Positions 60,740 to 64,000 of a stretch of 64,000 nt of DNA are shown here, in pieces (within the stretch, counting starts at the first letter, position 1; every line of letters starts with the position of its first letter). The translations under genes and the position numbers were made by a program. The stretch comes from Cirrosporium novae-zelandiae (Eukaryota): assembly GCA_026023565.1 (NCBI GenBank), contig JAPETS010000008.1, positions 310,001 to 374,000 on the forward strand, in the 5' to 3' direction. The notes under the pieces were generated by a model. That model worked only from the letters and a program-made list of their open reading frames with translations, had not been told where the DNA came from and ran no database searches.

Positions 60740-62192
60740 ATGGAAGTCGATGAGAGCATGCATTCTGCTGCCCCCCTTCCTCTTGCAACTGAATTATCTT
60801 CCCCTATCGATGAAAACCATGGATCGGCAGATCTACCGCCCAAGTCGCAGACAGTGCTTGGTACTTCCAAAAGAAAAAGGCAACAGCCCAAGGCAACAGG
60901 CGCGTCAACTATAAAACGTTCAATATCTACACCAAACGTGAGGAGCTTAGCTAGTGGGGATTCAGCCCCTCCTTTATCAGCCGCTGATAAAAAGCGCAAT
61001 AAGTTAGGCTACCATAGGACTTCTGTGGCTTGTGGTATGTAGTAGGCTTGTGATGTGGTCTTTGAAATCCTTTGTCCTCGATAAAAGAGCAGAACTAATT
61101 TGCCAACTTATTAGGCCATTGTAGAAGGCGCAAAATCCGATGTCTCCCATCAGCTGATGATACGCAAGGGCGCTGTTCCAACTGCATTCGTTTGAAAAAA
61201 GAATGCAACTTTTTCCCTGTCGATCAACAGCCGATGGTGGAAAGGAAGCCACGTTCTCATTCTCGAACAGAGCAAATCCCAAATAAAGCATCCACGTCTT
61301 CAACCTCTTCACCCATCTTAGTAGATCAGAATGTTTCAGACCAGGGACAAGATCACCAGCAATACGTGCCTCTTACTACATCTCCGGGTCAAGGGTTTCC
61401 GGGTTCTGGTGATCCCTTAATGGGCGCGGCAACATTGCCTTCAAGCAAAGGTGATATTTCCTCCATAAATCATGGTCAAGGCAAGACGCAGCTGACAACT
61501 TAACAGAATCTACTTTGCGGTCATCCCTAAGCTCTTTACAGTCATTCGATCGAAATACTCTTTGGGACAATTCATCATTCATAAGTCAGTCCCCGTCATC
61601 CGATCTAACTGCACATCCTAGCTCTGAAGACTTGTCTCGGTCCGTATGGAGCTTTGCAGAACCACATTTGGCTGTTGGATATCCTCCGTTTTCTAATCCA
61701 CCGAGCACAATGACACGATCTAGTGGTGGAAACGGTCTTCCTTTAGGTGCTTCTGGAGAGAATACGGCATGGGGCCCATCAACACACCCAACAAGCGTAG
61801 CTACGATGGACGAATTGCCTTCCAACTACCATGATCGTGTTACTCAGTCCTTCCATGCCTCAAATCCATACAGGAACCGTGTTTCCACTGACGTTTATAC
61901 TCCATCTCTACATGCGAGTAATCATTCTTCCTCAACAACGAACTCCGAATATCGGCCAACATCAACTTCCGGTTCTATTATTCAAGACCAAGCTGGCGCT
62001 TTCGACTTCCCTCCATCATGGGTCCCCGTCCTAGGACCACAAAACGACTGTATTCCTGGAAAAGAAGCGGACAGTATGAGTGTCTGGTACTCAGAACCAT
62101 CCCAACTACAACAGGTCGATGAAGAACAGCTAAACTACCCTTACTCCGGTGACGCGCCACAATATTATTCTAGTGCATCCCAATATCCTTGA
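60740..62192 (+). CDS. Zn(II)2Cys6 binuclear-cluster transcription factor, 3 exons
   Basis: KKRNKLGYHRTSVACG/HCRRRKIRCLPSADDTQGRCSNCIRLKKECNF joined across an intron, followed by a Ser/Pro-rich C-terminal region. Confidence 0.92.
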
Positions 62193-64000
62193 CTACGCGC
62201 TTTTGGTTTATTTTGATGTCACGGGTGTATGATAAGGAGGTTTATTGATGACGAAGATATTGTTGGTTTCAGATACCTAGTGACTAAGTGGCACGAATAT
62301 GGAATGTTTTGTTGTCCACTCACGCAGTCCAGTCGAAGTTTGGATGTGTTATAGGTGACAGAAGCTTCTATAGCAACTGTAATGACTAATGGGAGCAAAA
62401 AAAAGGGGATGGTATTGGAAAATAGGTGGAGTCCTGGCTTCGTATTTTTTGATAGTCGTGAAGGAAACCACGACAGTGTATCTGCCTAGGGGGCTACGAA
62501 ACACATGAGTTCACGCGATCATAATCGTTCGTCAATTCACCAAACTGCATCTAGAGGGAGTATGGCTCTCCAACCCTCTCTCCGCTGTATATACTCCGCT
62601 ACAAATACCCAAACCAGCTACCTCATTTCGATGTGTTCCGGTCTTTCGATTCAGGAAGCTGCGCCTAGCGTCTACCAAAGATCTACACTAATGATTAACC
62701 AGGTCACTTACACCAAGTCCTGCAGGTTGGGTTCCATTAATGCCTATGTAAAAGAATCCACAGAGTGTCATTAAACATAGGTTCTTCTAGTGATTTTATT
62801 GGCTTCTCGATTTCGATTAAACATATCCAACCATGCACTATTCATAGGACTGACAAGATATCCTAGAAAGGTTGCACACGGTGGCACTTAAAATGCGCCC
62901 ATTGTGGGGGCAAGCCTCAGAAACTCATCGATGAAGCTTATGATTCTCCATGTCAGGAATGCCATGTCTATACATATATATTTGTGAATGGCTAGACGTG
63001 AACCTGTGATTATCTGTGGATATTAGCGTTTGATGGCGTCTCCCTTCTGATCCTATTATGTGTCATGTGAAGATGCTCAATGCGAAACTATGTCTCCTAA
63101 TTTTAATCCTCATGGATTGGCTTCTGAGACATAGGAAATACCTCATGCAGAGGAGTTGAAACATTTCACCTTTCACAAAGCAGCCACAAGAAAAAGCACA
63201 CATCATTGACCTTATGATTTCTTCACTAATCATTGAAGCCACATCCAAAGGCAAGCTAGGATTGGCAATTACTGAATTGTAGGGAAAATTATACCAAGGT
63301 GTTTGTGATCACAATCACTAATGACATTCTAAATGTCCTAGACTTTTGTTGGGAGTCCTCTTAAGAATTATCTGATAACTGGCTGTGTCCTGACGAACCT
63401 GCATTGTTCTTCCACTAAAGTATGGGTGAAACTGGTATTGGTATTGTTGTGTCTGTGTAACAAGTTCCATCGGTTGAGTTAGCAACAAGTTCAGATTAGA
63501 AAGACCTGAAACAAAATATGGATTTAAACCAAATCATTTTCCGGTGGAAATGGACTGTCGCATTTGAGATTTCGGGGAGGCCCCCAGGTAAAATTGGTGA
63601 CTAGTCAATGTGCCTTCATTTTTATAATACACTTTTAACCTCCTCACAAAGCAACGTCAAAGCCTTACCTATCTTACTCTCTTCATTCAAACTCAGGTTG
63701 TGGTTCCCTTATTACTAATGTAACAACATCAGCAGAACAACATCGAGAAATACCCAAGGAACCCAAATACCGCTATTCCCAACATGAATATGCATGAAGG
63801 AGCGCAGAATGGAGGCTCACGTGCAAAGAGCAATGCCGCCCCCGCGAGGCGGAGCAGTGTTGCCAACGAAGAAATAAACGTTGGTAAATTTCCCACATTG
63901 ACTGGGATAGGAGTCTTAGGTCAGTTAGCCCAGCATAAATCAGATCTCTTGGAACGTGACCTTCGCCCAGCAACTTAGGTCTACACGAAGCAAGGGATAT

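Noticed and set aside
62500..64000. Possible gene or transposon relic at the right edge
   Set aside because: Only short stop-riddled frames, with no recognisable transposase/RT motif or terminal repeat.
1..64000. tRNA, rRNA, CRISPR array or intact mobile element
   Set aside because: No diagnostic motifs or regularly spaced repeats were seen by eye; a tRNAscan/Rfam/RepeatMasker run would be needed to exclude them formally.

Overview
Eukaryotic, intron-containing DNA from a filamentous ascomycete (Pezizomycotina; short GT-AG introns with CTRAY-type branch sites). About 19 protein-coding loci can be reconstructed. (i) An accessory/metabolic block at 3-22 kb: MFS transporter, O-methyltransferase, PTH11-like membrane protein, Cys/Ser/Thr-rich membrane protein, M19 membrane dipeptidase, D-amino-acid oxidase, a hypothetical protein and an amino-acid permease. 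(ii) A housekeeping block at 22.5-51 kb: EAF7, FYV7, an RBM26/27-like protein, EF-2, CSF1, HFL1/TMEM184, a small membrane protein and a class-3 lipase. (iii) An RBR E3 ligase interrupted by one in-frame TGA, HSP12 and a Zn2Cys6 transcription factor. The most interesting leads are: a long folded RNA-like segment at the window start followed by ATAAGT...ACTAAC...TAG, resembling the 3' end of a Pezizomycotina telomerase RNA; a GATA-rich dipeptidase + D-amino-acid oxidase + permease group that may be a D-amino-acid/peptide salvage cluster; a C/D-box snoRNA candidate plus a multi-hairpin element at 46.3-46.9 kb; two introns hidden inside the apparently continuous CSF1 ORF; and an in-frame uORF whose TAG abuts the transcription factor ATG. 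All identifications come from reading motifs by eye; no database search or folding program was run. No tRNA, rRNA, CRISPR array or intact transposon was recognised.
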